Positions 8,877 through 19,500 of a stretch of DNA of 20,000 nucleotides are shown here, one piece after another. Source of the DNA: an uncultured virus (IMG/VR IMGVR_UViG_3300009503_000028) (taxonomy: Duplodnaviria; Heunggongvirae; Uroviricota; Caudoviricetes). Below the pieces are notes generated by a model that had not been told where the DNA came from, made no database searches, and saw nothing but the letters and a program-made list of their open reading frames with translations. The DNA lies in IMG/VR virus record IMGVR_UViG_3300009503_000028; one strand, 5' to 3'. How positions within the stretch are numbered: position 1 is the stretch's first letter; every line of letters starts with the position of its first letter. The position numbers and the translations under genes were made by a program.

Positions 8877-11800
8877 CTGGGACAATGCCTATTGGTACTA
8901 TTTAGACCTGCATGGAACAACTGTCCCTTTTGACCTACCTTCTGGAATATATTTATTTGATACTCGCATGGATTTTGGAGGGAATTTATCTCTTTCTTTA
9001 AATCCTTATCAATCTATGACTTATCGTTTCGCTTGTAAAGTTGGTAGAGTCTATGAAATCTATAAAGATTCCTTCAATGTCGATATTCCTTCCTACTGGT
9101 CTTATTTTGGATATCCAGCATCTGTGTCTGTTTATGTTTTGAATGACAACAAGAACACTGTAAGTAACTTTGGAACTTTCTCTGCCTATACTTGTGGAAC
9201 TGTCCCTTCAGCTCTCACTTTAAATACTCATGGTTATTTTAAAGCAGAATATACTCTTTACAACAATACTTCTGGTACAATTAAGACAACTATTTCTCTG
9301 TCAGAGTTTGGAGTATATCTCCCATGTAGACATAGAAAAGTCTTCGGATATAGCAAATATACTCGACTAGATGGATTTCATGGTGATATAATTTGTGGTC
9401 TCCCTCAAAACGGAACATTCCAGACTTTTCAAATTGTTCCGGCAGTTGCAGAAGGTAAACCAATCCCAGGAACTATGCATTGGTATCTTTATACTTCTGA
9501 GGGTGGAAATTGGCAATTGAGAAGAGATGGTACCTTAGAAGTAGGAAGATATCAAACAAGGTTTGTTTCTCTTGATCCACCTTTAGAAGTTCAAAATGCA
9601 ACTATTAAATTGACTCAAACAGGAGTTGACTATCTCACAGAATATACTTATGACCGAACCCCTAAGATGTGTTGGGCTTGGAATCAGAAACCAATAGACA
9701 ACTTTACTCCAGGAGATTTTTCAGCTAAAATTAACGATATTTGGTGGGATGCTGGTGAGCATCCTCAGAATGTTCTGTTTTGGGGCAATGCTACTTTTCC
9801 TCCATTTTCTCGCTTGAAAGGTTTAGAAGCTTGTATAAACAGAGATCCTTCTCTTTACAAACGATATTTTAGAATCAAGATCTATTCTTCCAACACTATA
9901 CTCTATTTAGGTCCATATGATTCTGGTAGCCTTGGAATACCTTTCTATAGTGGTCCCTCCGGAGAAGCAGCATATAAGTGGTTCAGGTTTCCTGTCACGA
10001 TAGAAACACCGAGTATCTCTTATGAGATTGAACAATCTTCTGATACAATTTCTTGGGATATAAATACTGGAGGCTACAATTTAAGGTATGATTATACCAA
10101 ACGACCTTTCATTGGTGATGGAAACATTAGGTTTTTGCTAGAACCGACTGAATCTTTTGACATCTCTCAATTTCTAAGTGTAACTATACCAGTTTCAAAC
10201 TATGCTGATGCCATTTCTCCCATGTCTGTTAATCCTTTGTCTTTTTCTCAAGATATTTCCAACAAGTTAATGGCACTCACAAGATACTATGGTAACCAAA
10301 TAACATATTTTACACGTTATAACACTGTAGTTGGGTCTTCGATTTTTGTTCACACATTTACAAATAGACTTCCAATTTCAACACTTACAACAATTTCTAT
10401 CTATGTTGGAGATGCTGTCAACTATCACACTATTGCTATTTCTCCTCTACCAATAAATTGGTCCAATATTACTTGGCATACTTTTCAGGTTTCAGCTGCA
10501 ACTTTTGTAGATGTTCCTGTAACTGAAGCATTTACTATCTATCCTGGTTCTTTGTATGCTATTCTCTGGAAAACAGGGGGTTCTATAACTGTTCTTCAAC
10601 CGTATGTCTCTAGAAGGAGTCCTGACTCTTGGTTTGATTTACAACAAAAAGGCTACCTTACAGACACTTCCTCAACTATTTCAACTAACTATAACCTTGC
10701 TTGGGCAATCTATTCTAGTGATGGACAAAATTCTTATTCAGATGGTATGGTATATTCTAGGTGTTTAACTGGACTAGCTTGTTGGATTGGCTCTGTTCAA
10801 GTTGAAAAATATATAATAGAGAATCCACCAGAAATGATATTCAACTATGTTGCTATTTATACTTCCAAGGCAGGTTCACCAACAGGGTCTTTAGTTCTCA
10901 ATTTTGTAGCAAACAGTTCAACATTATATTCTTGGAGTATTCCACCAGAAAGTGTTCCCAATTTTCCAACTTACCAGGATGTAGTTCTATATACTGGAGA
11001 CTTGCATTTGCCTCCAAATTCGACAGTAGTTATTGAAGCGTCAGCTACTATCGGGACAGATGCTAACAATTTCTATGAAATAGGAGTAGTCAGAACGGAT
11101 TCGGCTACAAAAAATGATTTAACATTTGGTGGTATTAAAGCTTACAGACAAAGCCCTCCCAACACATTTTTGACTGATGACCACTCTTTCAGGTTTGCAA
11201 GTAAATATTATCTAAATGAAACAGAAATGCAAAATAAAATGATAACAGAAATACAAGAGTTTAAGGATTCCTCCAATCTTCTCAAGATCAAGGCAAAAGA
11301 ATTCCAAGACTATCCGTCTTTCTTGAACATTGGAGCTAAAATATACTCTCATTATTGGGAAAACATTTGTGTTCTTTTCTTAGTGAAATTAGTCCAAAAG
11401 TTTCTTGAGAAAGTTAACAGAGTTCTGAACAAACTTGAAGGTTTTTCACTTTTTGGTTTCAAAGTTAAAGAGAGAGTAAGTAGATTTCTAAGCCCAACCT
11501 ATTTGTCTAGAATGCTTAAAGAACGTTCAGCTAGTCTTTTGAGTGTCCTGAAAGTTTTTGTTCTTAGATGGTGTAGTTTCGATTATGTTGTCAAGCAGCT
11601 AAGACTTAGGTTTTCTTCTCTAAACTACGCTGTTAGAGGAGCATCACGTCAAATTTCAGTTCTAAAATCTAACCTTTTGAACTTAGTTCAGAATCTTAGT
11701 AGTCTCAAATTTACGTTAAAGAACTTAACTAAAAAGACATTCATAGTTATGTATCCACTCCGAAACATTGTTCGGGGCACAATTCTGTCGTTGCATAAAC

Positions 11801-13176
11801 TATTAATCTTAGTCAAAACTAGTTTAACAACTCTAAACAATTTGAAAATATTAGTAGTAAACTTTTCCAAGATACTGTTCGGTCTCAAAGTTTGGAAGTC
11901 AAACATTTTATCTGGATTTTCAAGCATTAGAAGTTTTCTGATGAAATTCTTAACCGTCAAGTCTAAACTGTTAAATCTTGTTTCCAATATTGATACATTC
12001 CGTTATGCCACTAGAATTGTTAAAAGTAAAGGAATAGTTCTTCAACATTTGATTCGAATTAGGATTGAAAATGTAATTCTAACATTGCATAAACTTTCTG
12101 GAATAGTGAAAAATCTCCTAAAAACAGTGCATACTTTGAGAGTTTTAACACTCCAATGGTTCTCAAGTAATTTTATCATTAAAATTTTGAAACAAAACAT
12201 TGTGAATGGTATTTTTAAACTTCAAAGTTTCGTTAGTAAATTCTTAGGCTTTAGATTTAAAATATTGAAGTTAGTTTCAAGAACAGAAACATCCTTATTC
12301 GTTTTGAAAAATGTTCTTTCAAAATTGATAGGTTTAACTCATTCACTGATATCCATAGTAAGAAATTCAGCTTCTATAATATACAAATTAGCTGGGATAG
12401 TTGCGAATCTCTTGAAAAGTGTTAACACTCTAAAATCTCTAACTTTAGAATGGCTTTCATCTAATTTCAACATCAAACTTTTGAAAGAAAGATTTCTATT
12501 TGCTGTTTCGCTTCTTCGAAGCTCAATTTCTAAACTATTGGTTTCAACATTCAAAATTTCTAAGCTTGCTGCTAGAATCTTTACTCCAGTATATTCATTC
12601 AAACTTTTACGGGAAAGAATCCTAGACTTGAGATTTTTGCTAAGAGAAGCAGTTTCAAAAACTGTTTCTTCCCTGTTCAATTTAGGAGGAATAGTTGTTA
12701 GAATTCTAAGTGGAAATTATCTAGCCAGAAACTTGAGAACTATTTCTATTTCCTTTAAACATCTTTTAAGAACAATAAGGACTGAAAGTCTTAATATAAT
12801 TCACTCTCTTAGGGTGAAAATCGAGGCGATACTTAGAACTCTCTACACATTAAGATCTAACGTTCTAAATACTTTCAATTTCTTGTATTCAAGTGGTCTA
12901 GTCTTGATAAGACATCTGAGTACTCTTTATCGAATACCTTGTGGAATAGTAGCCAAAGTTCTAGCAATCTCTTACAACACAGCTAGAGCATATCTTGAGA
13001 TAGCCTTTTCAGCTATTAGATCCAAAGCTATCTATGTCTTAAGAAAAGAGAAAGGGATCTTTGTGTCTGTCAAAACTCGTATTAAATATCTAGAGAAACC
13101 CAAAGACGTTTTCAAGATTATCAAAGAAAAAGCTGAATACATTTTGAAAGATTTGGTCAAGAAAAGGAGAACTTAA
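8866..13176 (+). CDS. Large fibre/adhesin-like virion protein (~1440 aa): N-terminal beta domains plus C-terminal basic 14-aa repeat region
   Basis: The N-terminal ~800 aa are Y/S/T/G-rich and carbohydrate-binding-like. The C-terminal part is a K/R/L/F/S-rich periodic repeat. GAGGTGG at 8853-8859 precedes the in-frame TTG 8866 (the track start is 8839). Confidence 0.7.
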   Translation: MQPDWDNAYWYYLDLHGTTVPFDLPSGIYLFDTRMDFGGNLSLSLNPYQSMTYRFACKVGRVYEIYKDSFNVDIPSYWSYFGYPASVSVYVLNDNKNTVSNFGTFSAYTCGTVPSALTLNTHGYFKAEYTLYNNTSGTIKTTISLSEFGVYLPCRHRKVFGYSKYTRLDGFHGDIICGLPQNGTFQTFQIVPAVAEGKPIPGTMHWYLYTSEGGNWQLRRDGTLEVGRYQTRFVSLDPPLEVQNATIKLTQTGVDYLTEYTYDRTPKMCWAWNQKPIDNFTPGDFSAKINDIWWDAGEHPQNVLFWGNATFPPFSRLKGLEACINRDPSLYKRYFRIKIYSSNTILYLGPYDSGSLGIPFYSGPSGEAAYKWFRFPVTIETPSISYEIEQSSDTISWDINTGGYNLRYDYTKRPFIGDGNIRFLLEPTESFDISQFLSVTIPVSNYADAISPMSVNPLSFSQDISNKLMALTRYYGNQITYFTRYNTVVGSSIFVHTFTNRLPISTLTTISIYVGDAVNYHTIAISPLPINWSNITWHTFQVSAATFVDVPVTEAFTIYPGSLYAILWKTGGSITVLQPYVSRRSPDSWFDLQQKGYLTDTSSTISTNYNLAWAIYSSDGQNSYSDGMVYSRCLTGLACWIGSVQVEKYIIENPPEMIFNYVAIYTSKAGSPTGSLVLNFVANSSTLYSWSIPPESVPNFPTYQDVVLYTGDLHLPPNSTVVIEASATIGTDANNFYEIGVVRTDSATKNDLTFGGIKAYRQSPPNTFLTDDHSFRFASKYYLNETEMQNKMITEIQEFKDSSNLLKIKAKEFQDYPSFLNIGAKIYSHYWENICVLFLVKLVQKFLEKVNRVLNKLEGFSLFGFKVKERVSRFLSPTYLSRMLKERSASLLSVLKVFVLRWCSFDYVVKQLRLRFSSLNYAVRGASRQISVLKSNLLNLVQNLSSLKFTLKNLTKKTFIVMYPLRNIVRGTILSLHKLLILVKTSLTTLNNLKILVVNFSKILFGLKVWKSNILSGFSSIRSFLMKFLTVKSKLLNLVSNIDTFRYATRIVKSKGIVLQHLIRIRIENVILTLHKLSGIVKNLLKTVHTLRVLTLQWFSSNFIIKILKQNIVNGIFKLQSFVSKFLGFRFKILKLVSRTETSLFVLKNVLSKLIGLTHSLISIVRNSASIIYKLAGIVANLLKSVNTLKSLTLEWLSSNFNIKLLKERFLFAVSLLRSSISKLLVSTFKISKLAARIFTPVYSFKLLRERILDLRFLLREAVSKTVSSLFNLGGIVVRILSGNYLARNLRTISISFKHLLRTIRTESLNIIHSLRVKIEAILRTLYTLRSNVLNTFNFLYSSGLVLIRHLSTLYRIPCGIVAKVLAISYNTARAYLEIAFSAIRSKAIYVLRKEKGIFVSVKTRIKYLEKPKDVFKIIKEKAEYILKDLVKKRRT
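11458..12990 (+). repeat. Degenerate coding tandem repeat: 42-nt (14-aa) units with a 294-nt (98-aa) higher-order period
   Basis: An aromatic or His residue recurs at most 14-codon steps from 11458 to 12928. HKL/HKL/YKL/FNL units start at 11794, 12088, 12382 and 12676, exactly 294 nt apart. TTGCATAAACT occurs at 11791 and 12085. Confidence 0.9.
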
Positions 13177-13226
13177 GCAATCTTAATAAGGTAATTGGAC
13201 ATCAGTTCAAGATAGGTGATAGAAAG

Positions 13227-13568
13227 TTGTCTCAAATGTATGCTATTCCACCAGAAACAGAACTAGTTGAGTCAGATATCAAATATCTAACATTCTATAT
13301 AATGGAGAAAGACCCGATATCTGGTTCTCTAAGTTATTATGATTTAAGTGGAGCATCTTCTATAGTTCTAAGACTTAGAAAATATAATGAAACAAGCAAT
13401 GCATTAGAAGTTACTATGGTAGTAACAAACCCAACTTTAGGATTGTGCAGAGTTTTAGCTACAATTCCTCCAGCTGGAAGGTATGAATCTGAAATAGAAG
13501 TATACGAAGCAGAAGAGCACAATACTTGGAAGGGTCCTGTTCTGAAAGTTAGATCTCAGTTGGGATAG
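13227..13568 (+). CDS. BppU N-terminal-like Ig-fold virion/baseplate protein
   Basis: LTFYI.E.D...YDLSGA.SI.L.L...V.NPT.G.C.V....AG.YESEIEV pattern resembles baseplate upper protein N-terminal domains. AGGTGA ribosome site before the TTG start. Confidence 0.6.
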   Translation: MSQMYAIPPETELVESDIKYLTFYIMEKDPISGSLSYYDLSGASSIVLRLRKYNETSNALEVTMVVTNPTLGLCRVLATIPPAGRYESEIEVYEAEEHNTWKGPVLKVRSQLG

Positions 13569-13570
13569 AA

Positions 13571-16500
13571 ATGAAGATTAGAATACTTGGGACAAAGGGC
13601 GAAATAACTGAAAAAACTCATGGAGTCCAAAAACATTCTGGAGTTTTAATAGATAATTTATTGTTTGATTGTGGGGAGAGAGAATACCTTGCTCTTAAAC
13701 CAGATGCAATCTTTGTCTCTCACTTGCACCCTGACCATTGGGCTAAAGGGATTGAAACTGATATTCCAGTCTATAGTATTGAGAAGCCAGAAGGAAGTAA
13801 GAATTGGCAAAAGTTGAAGAAATTGCAGAAACTTACTATAGATACTCTTAAGATAACTCCTATTCCAACAACTCATAGCAAGAAAGTAAAGTCATGTGCT
13901 TTTCTAATTGAGAATTCAAAGAGGATACTATATACTGGAGATCTAATGTGGGTCAATAAGAAATACTGGGGCATGATTAGAAACTTAGATCTAGTTATTA
14001 CTGAAGCTAGTAGTTTAGATAGGAATCTAATTAGAAGAGATAAGAAGACAGGAGAGATCTATGGTCACACTTCTTTGAAGAGATTAGTTCAATTGTTTAA
14101 AGAACTTGGAGCTAAGAAGATACTCATTCTGCACTATGGTTCTTGGGCAGTAGATGACTTTAAGAAGGCAAAAGAACAGATTAGAGAATTAGGAGCTATA
14201 CCAGCAGAGGATGGATATAGTATGGAATTAGAACTTAAACCAGAAGATGTTGAACCTGTAACTCCTAAAGTTTTTGCTGAACCACAATATGGTCTAATAG
14301 TAGTAGAACCTCATGGTAAAATGATATGGAATGGAACTAAGAAAGCTATACTCAAATCTAGAAAGTTTGAATCACACATTGGAGAACCACTGTATCTGAT
14401 AGCTGATAGATTGTGTTATGGGATTATTACTCTGAAATCTCCTTCTGAAATAGATGAAAAGACATTCAAAGAAACATTTGATAAACACAAAGTTTCAGAA
14501 GAAGATAGAAAAGTATGGTCTAAGAAAGAACCAGAGTGGGGAAAGTTTCCTCTCTACATGTATGAGTTTGATTTTGAACCTTTCAAGAAACCTAAACCAA
14601 TAAGATTCAAAACAACTGGTCCTCAAGTATTTATCTCCAAAGAAAACTTTGAATTTCTTGAAGTATCAAATATGGATCCAACTGAATTGGAGTATTTCCA
14701 TTCTCTATATCATACCTATAATGAAGAGCTAGGTGATGTATGGTGTGAATTACATTTTGAGCTATCTACTCAAATGATTGCAAAAGGTCTATACCATTCA
14801 TATGTTTCTGGTCCTTGTGATAGAGTTCTTGATATTAATGAACTAATTAAAGAAGCAACTAAGGACTGGGTTAACCAATATATTAAGAACTTAAAGAAAT
14901 ATACTAGAGCTCAAGTAGGAGATGATTTTAGAATAGTTCTAGGTTGGTATTCTACAATCAAAGAAGGAAAGAAACTTACAAAGCATACAAATGTTGGAGA
15001 CATTCCAATCACTGAAGAAGACTGCAAGAAACTAGCAGTAGCTATAGTTAGAGAACTAATAGATAGAGGAGCTAGATTCAATAGACCAGAGACATATAAG
15101 AAGTATGCTAGAGAACTATTTGAATATGTAGTTAAAGAGATAGGAGAGAAGAACATACCTTGGAAGGAAGAAGCAGAACTAGCACTTCCAAAGAACCTAG
15201 AAGTTACAGACATTGATGTTCCTTTTGTCAATAAGCTATCTGATAAAGATCTTGAAGAACTATGGAAATGGTTACATGATAAATGGAAGAAAGAACATCC
15301 AAATGGTGAGACACCTGAAAACTTTGTGAATGCCAACATCTTCGTGCAAACAGAGAGATGGAAGAGAGGAATAATAGATTATGATTATGAAGACAAAGAT
15401 GCACTAGACAAAGTTGCTCGCTTTTCTTGGCAAGAATATGGTGGAGTTACTCCTCTTGAAGAGCCAGAAGGTGAAGAGATAAAACTTGAAGATGTTGTTA
15501 AAGCAATAAGTGGAACTGGAATAATACCAATAAAAGGACAACCATATGCAGCTTATCTGATTGGAAGGATAGTTAATGAAGGAAAGATTCCAAAGAACCA
15601 TGATATAGATATTCTGTTCCGTCAGAATCCAGATCCAAGACTAGTATATTCTATTCGTAATAGTCTACCAGATTGGTTGTCTAAGAGAGTCCATGTTGTA
15701 TTTGACTATGCTGGACCAGGTGTAGGACTGAGTCTTCCTGTATATGGCTATGCACTTAATCCACTCCCTAAAGAACTGATGACCACAGGATTTGGTCCGT
15801 TTAGAGAATTAGAAGCACCAAAGCTTGGAAAGTATATGATCGGAATCAAACCAAAATCAGGGTGGGGCAAACATGAGTTTTGGGATCCAAAAGAAGCATG
15901 GGAGAAGTGGGCTAGCCAATACATTAAAGATGGGATATGGGTTGAAGAAAAGGTAGATGGAAGAAGACACCAGATTCATATTATGGAAAACAATTCTATC
16001 AAGATGTTTACTGAAGATACCCAGAGAGATAGAGCTATTGTCTTTCCAGAGATAGTCAAAGAGTTCCAGTCTTTGCATCTAGAGAAGAGCATTATAGATG
16101 GTGAAATCTTAGCTTTTATTCCAACTGGAAAGGTTGAACCTAAGAATGCTAGAGCTAAAAGAGAACTATGGGAATTGATGCCAAGAGAAGATACTGCAGC
16201 TATTACAGCAGCAAAGTCTCTTTCTGAAGATTTTAGAAAGAAACTAGTTCTAGTTATCTATGACATTATGATGTACAAAGGAAAGGATCTAACTAATGCA
16301 CCATACTCTGAACGTAGGAAGATATACACTTCAATTATACCTAAAGATCTGCAATATATTGATACTGTAAGAGGAGATCTAGCTAGAACAATGGAACAAT
16401 TCTTTAATCTAGTCAAGAAATATAGTTCAGTAAATGGAAGTGAAGGTGTAGTATGCAAGTCAAGCAAGTTACTATATCCAGTCAAATGGTCTGGCGAGAA

Positions 16501-19500
16501 CAGACCAGAAACTATGTGCAAAATCAAAAATCTAAAGGAGATAGATGTCAAAGTTATAGGTGTCAAACAGAAGAAAGAGAAAGAAACTGGTAGACCAATT
16601 CCAACATATATCTACCAATGTGCTATAGCTTTGCCAAAAGATAAAGTAAAAGAATGGTATCCAGAAGATATCTATGAGGAAAATGGAAAGATATATGCAT
16701 TCATTGGAGAATCCTATGGTACCAAAGTAAAATGTAAAGTTGGAGACATAATAACTGTAATGCCAATCAGAGTTAGATTCTACCAGAAGAATGGTAAGAC
16801 TAGAGTAACATGGATGTTTCCACTCTTCAAAGAGAAGAAACCAGAAAAGAAAGAGCCAGATCCTTTAGATGTAGCTGAGAAATTAGCAAAATTAGGAACA
16901 AGACCAGCTCTTGAAGAAGAACTGGAAGATATAATTAAAATATATCTTGAACCATGTCCATTCTATAAGGACTGGAATGTTTGTCCTCTAAGGAAGAGGT
17001 TTGGTGTTAGAAGAGCAATACAGAATCTAGCTCTCATTGAGGAAGAGGTTCTCAAGTATCCAGTAATGTGTCCATTAGCTAGGACATTCAAGTGTCCATA
17101 TGTCAAAGATTACTACTATGGTTTCATAGGAGTCAAGTACCATCCAGAGCTATCAGAATACTTTGAGATGGTAAACTTAGACAAGTATCCTAGATATATT
17201 GTCCAGAAACTACAGGGAAAATATATGGAGATGCCTAAAGGAGAACATGACTTCGTAATGGAATCTCATATTCTGACTAAAGAATTTGTTCCTAAAGAAA
17301 AGAAGATACCTAAGACTGGAAGTCAACATTTGGACTGGAGAATGGCAGTAGATGGATATCTAGAAGGATGGTCTATAGTTGGAGGTTCAGTAGATAAACT
17401 AATAACTCCAAAGAGACTATTAGATAATATAGGAAAAGGATTTAGGACAGAAGAGAAGGCTAGACAACCTTGCATAGCAGAAGACACTTTTGTAATCAAG
17501 AATCAAACTTTATGCCAAGCTAAAGAGATAAAGGTTGGAGATAAAGTTCTAACTGCTGATGGAACATTCAAACCAGTTCTTGAAATAGATAGAGTTTTCA
17601 AGCCAGAACAATATCTAGTTCGACCAGAATTTGGATTACCTTTACAAGTTGATGGTGAACATCCGTTCTTAGTTAATGCCATTACATGGCAGGAGCAAAG
17701 TAGATTAAGCAAGAGACAGAGAAGAGAGCTTTATACATTGAGACCTGTTTGGAAACCTGCTTCTATGCTTAAGAAAAATGACATTCTTCTATTTCCAAAA
17801 TTGAAAATAGATTCAGTTTCTTTTGTCGGGAGTAAAGAAGAAGGAATGTTGAGTGGCTATTATCTTGGAGATGGCAATTTATTCTTAGGTGGTAAAAGAA
17901 AGAAAAGTGGAGAATATGCAACTAAGTATTGTCGTTTAGCTTTCAATAGCAAAAATGTGACCCTTATAACTAAGTACCAAGAAGTCTTGTCAAGACTTAA
18001 AATCAGATACTGGATCAGAGAAAGAAAAGATAATGTAACTGAATTAGTGTTTACTGTGAAAAAAGACATGAAAATATTTCCTAAACCTAAAGAAATACCA
18101 ATTAACTTTGTCAATGCTAATCAAGAATTCTTAAAAGGACTAATAAAAGGATTGGTTGATTCAGATGGCTATATTGACAAGAGTGGTTATATACACTTTA
18201 TTAATTCCAATCTCAGTCTAATTAATGGGCTTGTTTTAATTCTCCATAGATTCGGTGTAGTTCCATCTCTGAGGTACAGAAACAATCTCAACTATTCTCA
18301 TTCAGAGTTTCAAGGTAAAATTGCTGAATTGATTTGGTCAGCAGAAAAGCATAAGCAATACTTCGACTATGGGTATTATTATGGTTTCAGAGTTAAAGAT
18401 ATCAGAAAAGTAACACCTAAACCTTTGGTAAATATTGTGACTGAAAATCACACATTCTGTTTGCCATATTGTGCTACACACAATACTGTTTGGTTATTCA
18501 AAGATAAACCAATAGCTAAAGATCCAGATTCTCTCAAGCCTGGAGATCCAGAACCAGCTATTTATGATGTTGTTGTTGGAGAAGGAGAACCTAGAGGAAA
18601 GATGTTTGTAATGACAAGAGGAAAAGCAGTGTTTGGTGTCCAGAAGCCTTGGTTCCATGAGTACTTCTTAAAAGATGATAGATACTTCAAAGATTGGACT
18701 AGAATAGTTGTTAGAGGAATTAGAGCACAAAAGATAGATCCAACAACTAAGGAACCAATAAAGGGAGAATATGAGACTTTATGGAGAAGTATGATTCCTT
18801 TGGATCAAATGCCTTATGCTATTAGTAAGAGAGCTAGAGAGAAGAACTGGAAGCCACCTAAAGACAACAAGTATCCTTTCCCTAAGGATTGGGCTGCCAA
18901 GAAGTTTCCAGAAGAGTTCAAAGCATATGAGGAATACTTGAAAACTTTGAAACTTTCTGAAGAGTTGAATAAAGTTAAGTTTACACTTTCACAGCACTCG
19001 TGGAAAGGACCTGAACATATCAGAAAATTGGCAATTAGACAGTGGTATCTATTCATTGATGACAAAGGGAAGGGACCTGTTAGAACATTTAGACTTGAAA
19101 GTGTTCCTCCCTTTGATGTCCAGATTCTAGCATGGGATGAAGGTAGAGATGACAGAAAGTATCTAGACTGGAGTGGAAAGACTAAACCAATGAGTAGGTT
19201 CAATCCAAACAAGGAACTATATGGTGAAATGGTTATACTACAAAAAGGAACAGTAGATTATAGTACTACTAAAGAGGATGGAAGAGAAGTGATAACACTA
19301 AAGTTTGGTGAAGGACAGTTTCTATCCAAAGAGTGGAAACTAGAACAGGAAGAAGCTGAAAGTGATGCTTATACACTGTACAAAGTAGAGAAAGAAAGCT
19401 TAGAGAAAGAATATGAATTCGTATATCATAAACACTGTGTCCAATCAAAAGATAAGTGCCATCATGATATTAGGATTAAGATGGATCACTATCTTGATGA

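Noticed and set aside
11458..12990. Repeat region as a CRISPR array, DGR template/variable repeat or membrane protein
   Set aside because: The repeats are degenerate and conserved at protein level, with no identical repeats plus spacers. No reverse transcriptase is in the window, and K/R residues interrupt every hydrophobic stretch.
13177..13226. TTAATAAG at 13183-13190, also at 39-46, as a shared promoter motif
   Set aside because: Only two copies of an AT-rich 8-mer in AT-rich DNA, and one likely lies in coding sequence. Not distinguishable from chance.
202..13522. Short alternative-frame and antisense ORFs (202-450, 286-480, 3434-3625, 4343-4648, 5296-5529, 5874-6071, 11688-11987, 12339-12680, 13337-13522)
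   Set aside because: All overlap well-supported + strand genes and show no recognisable motifs.
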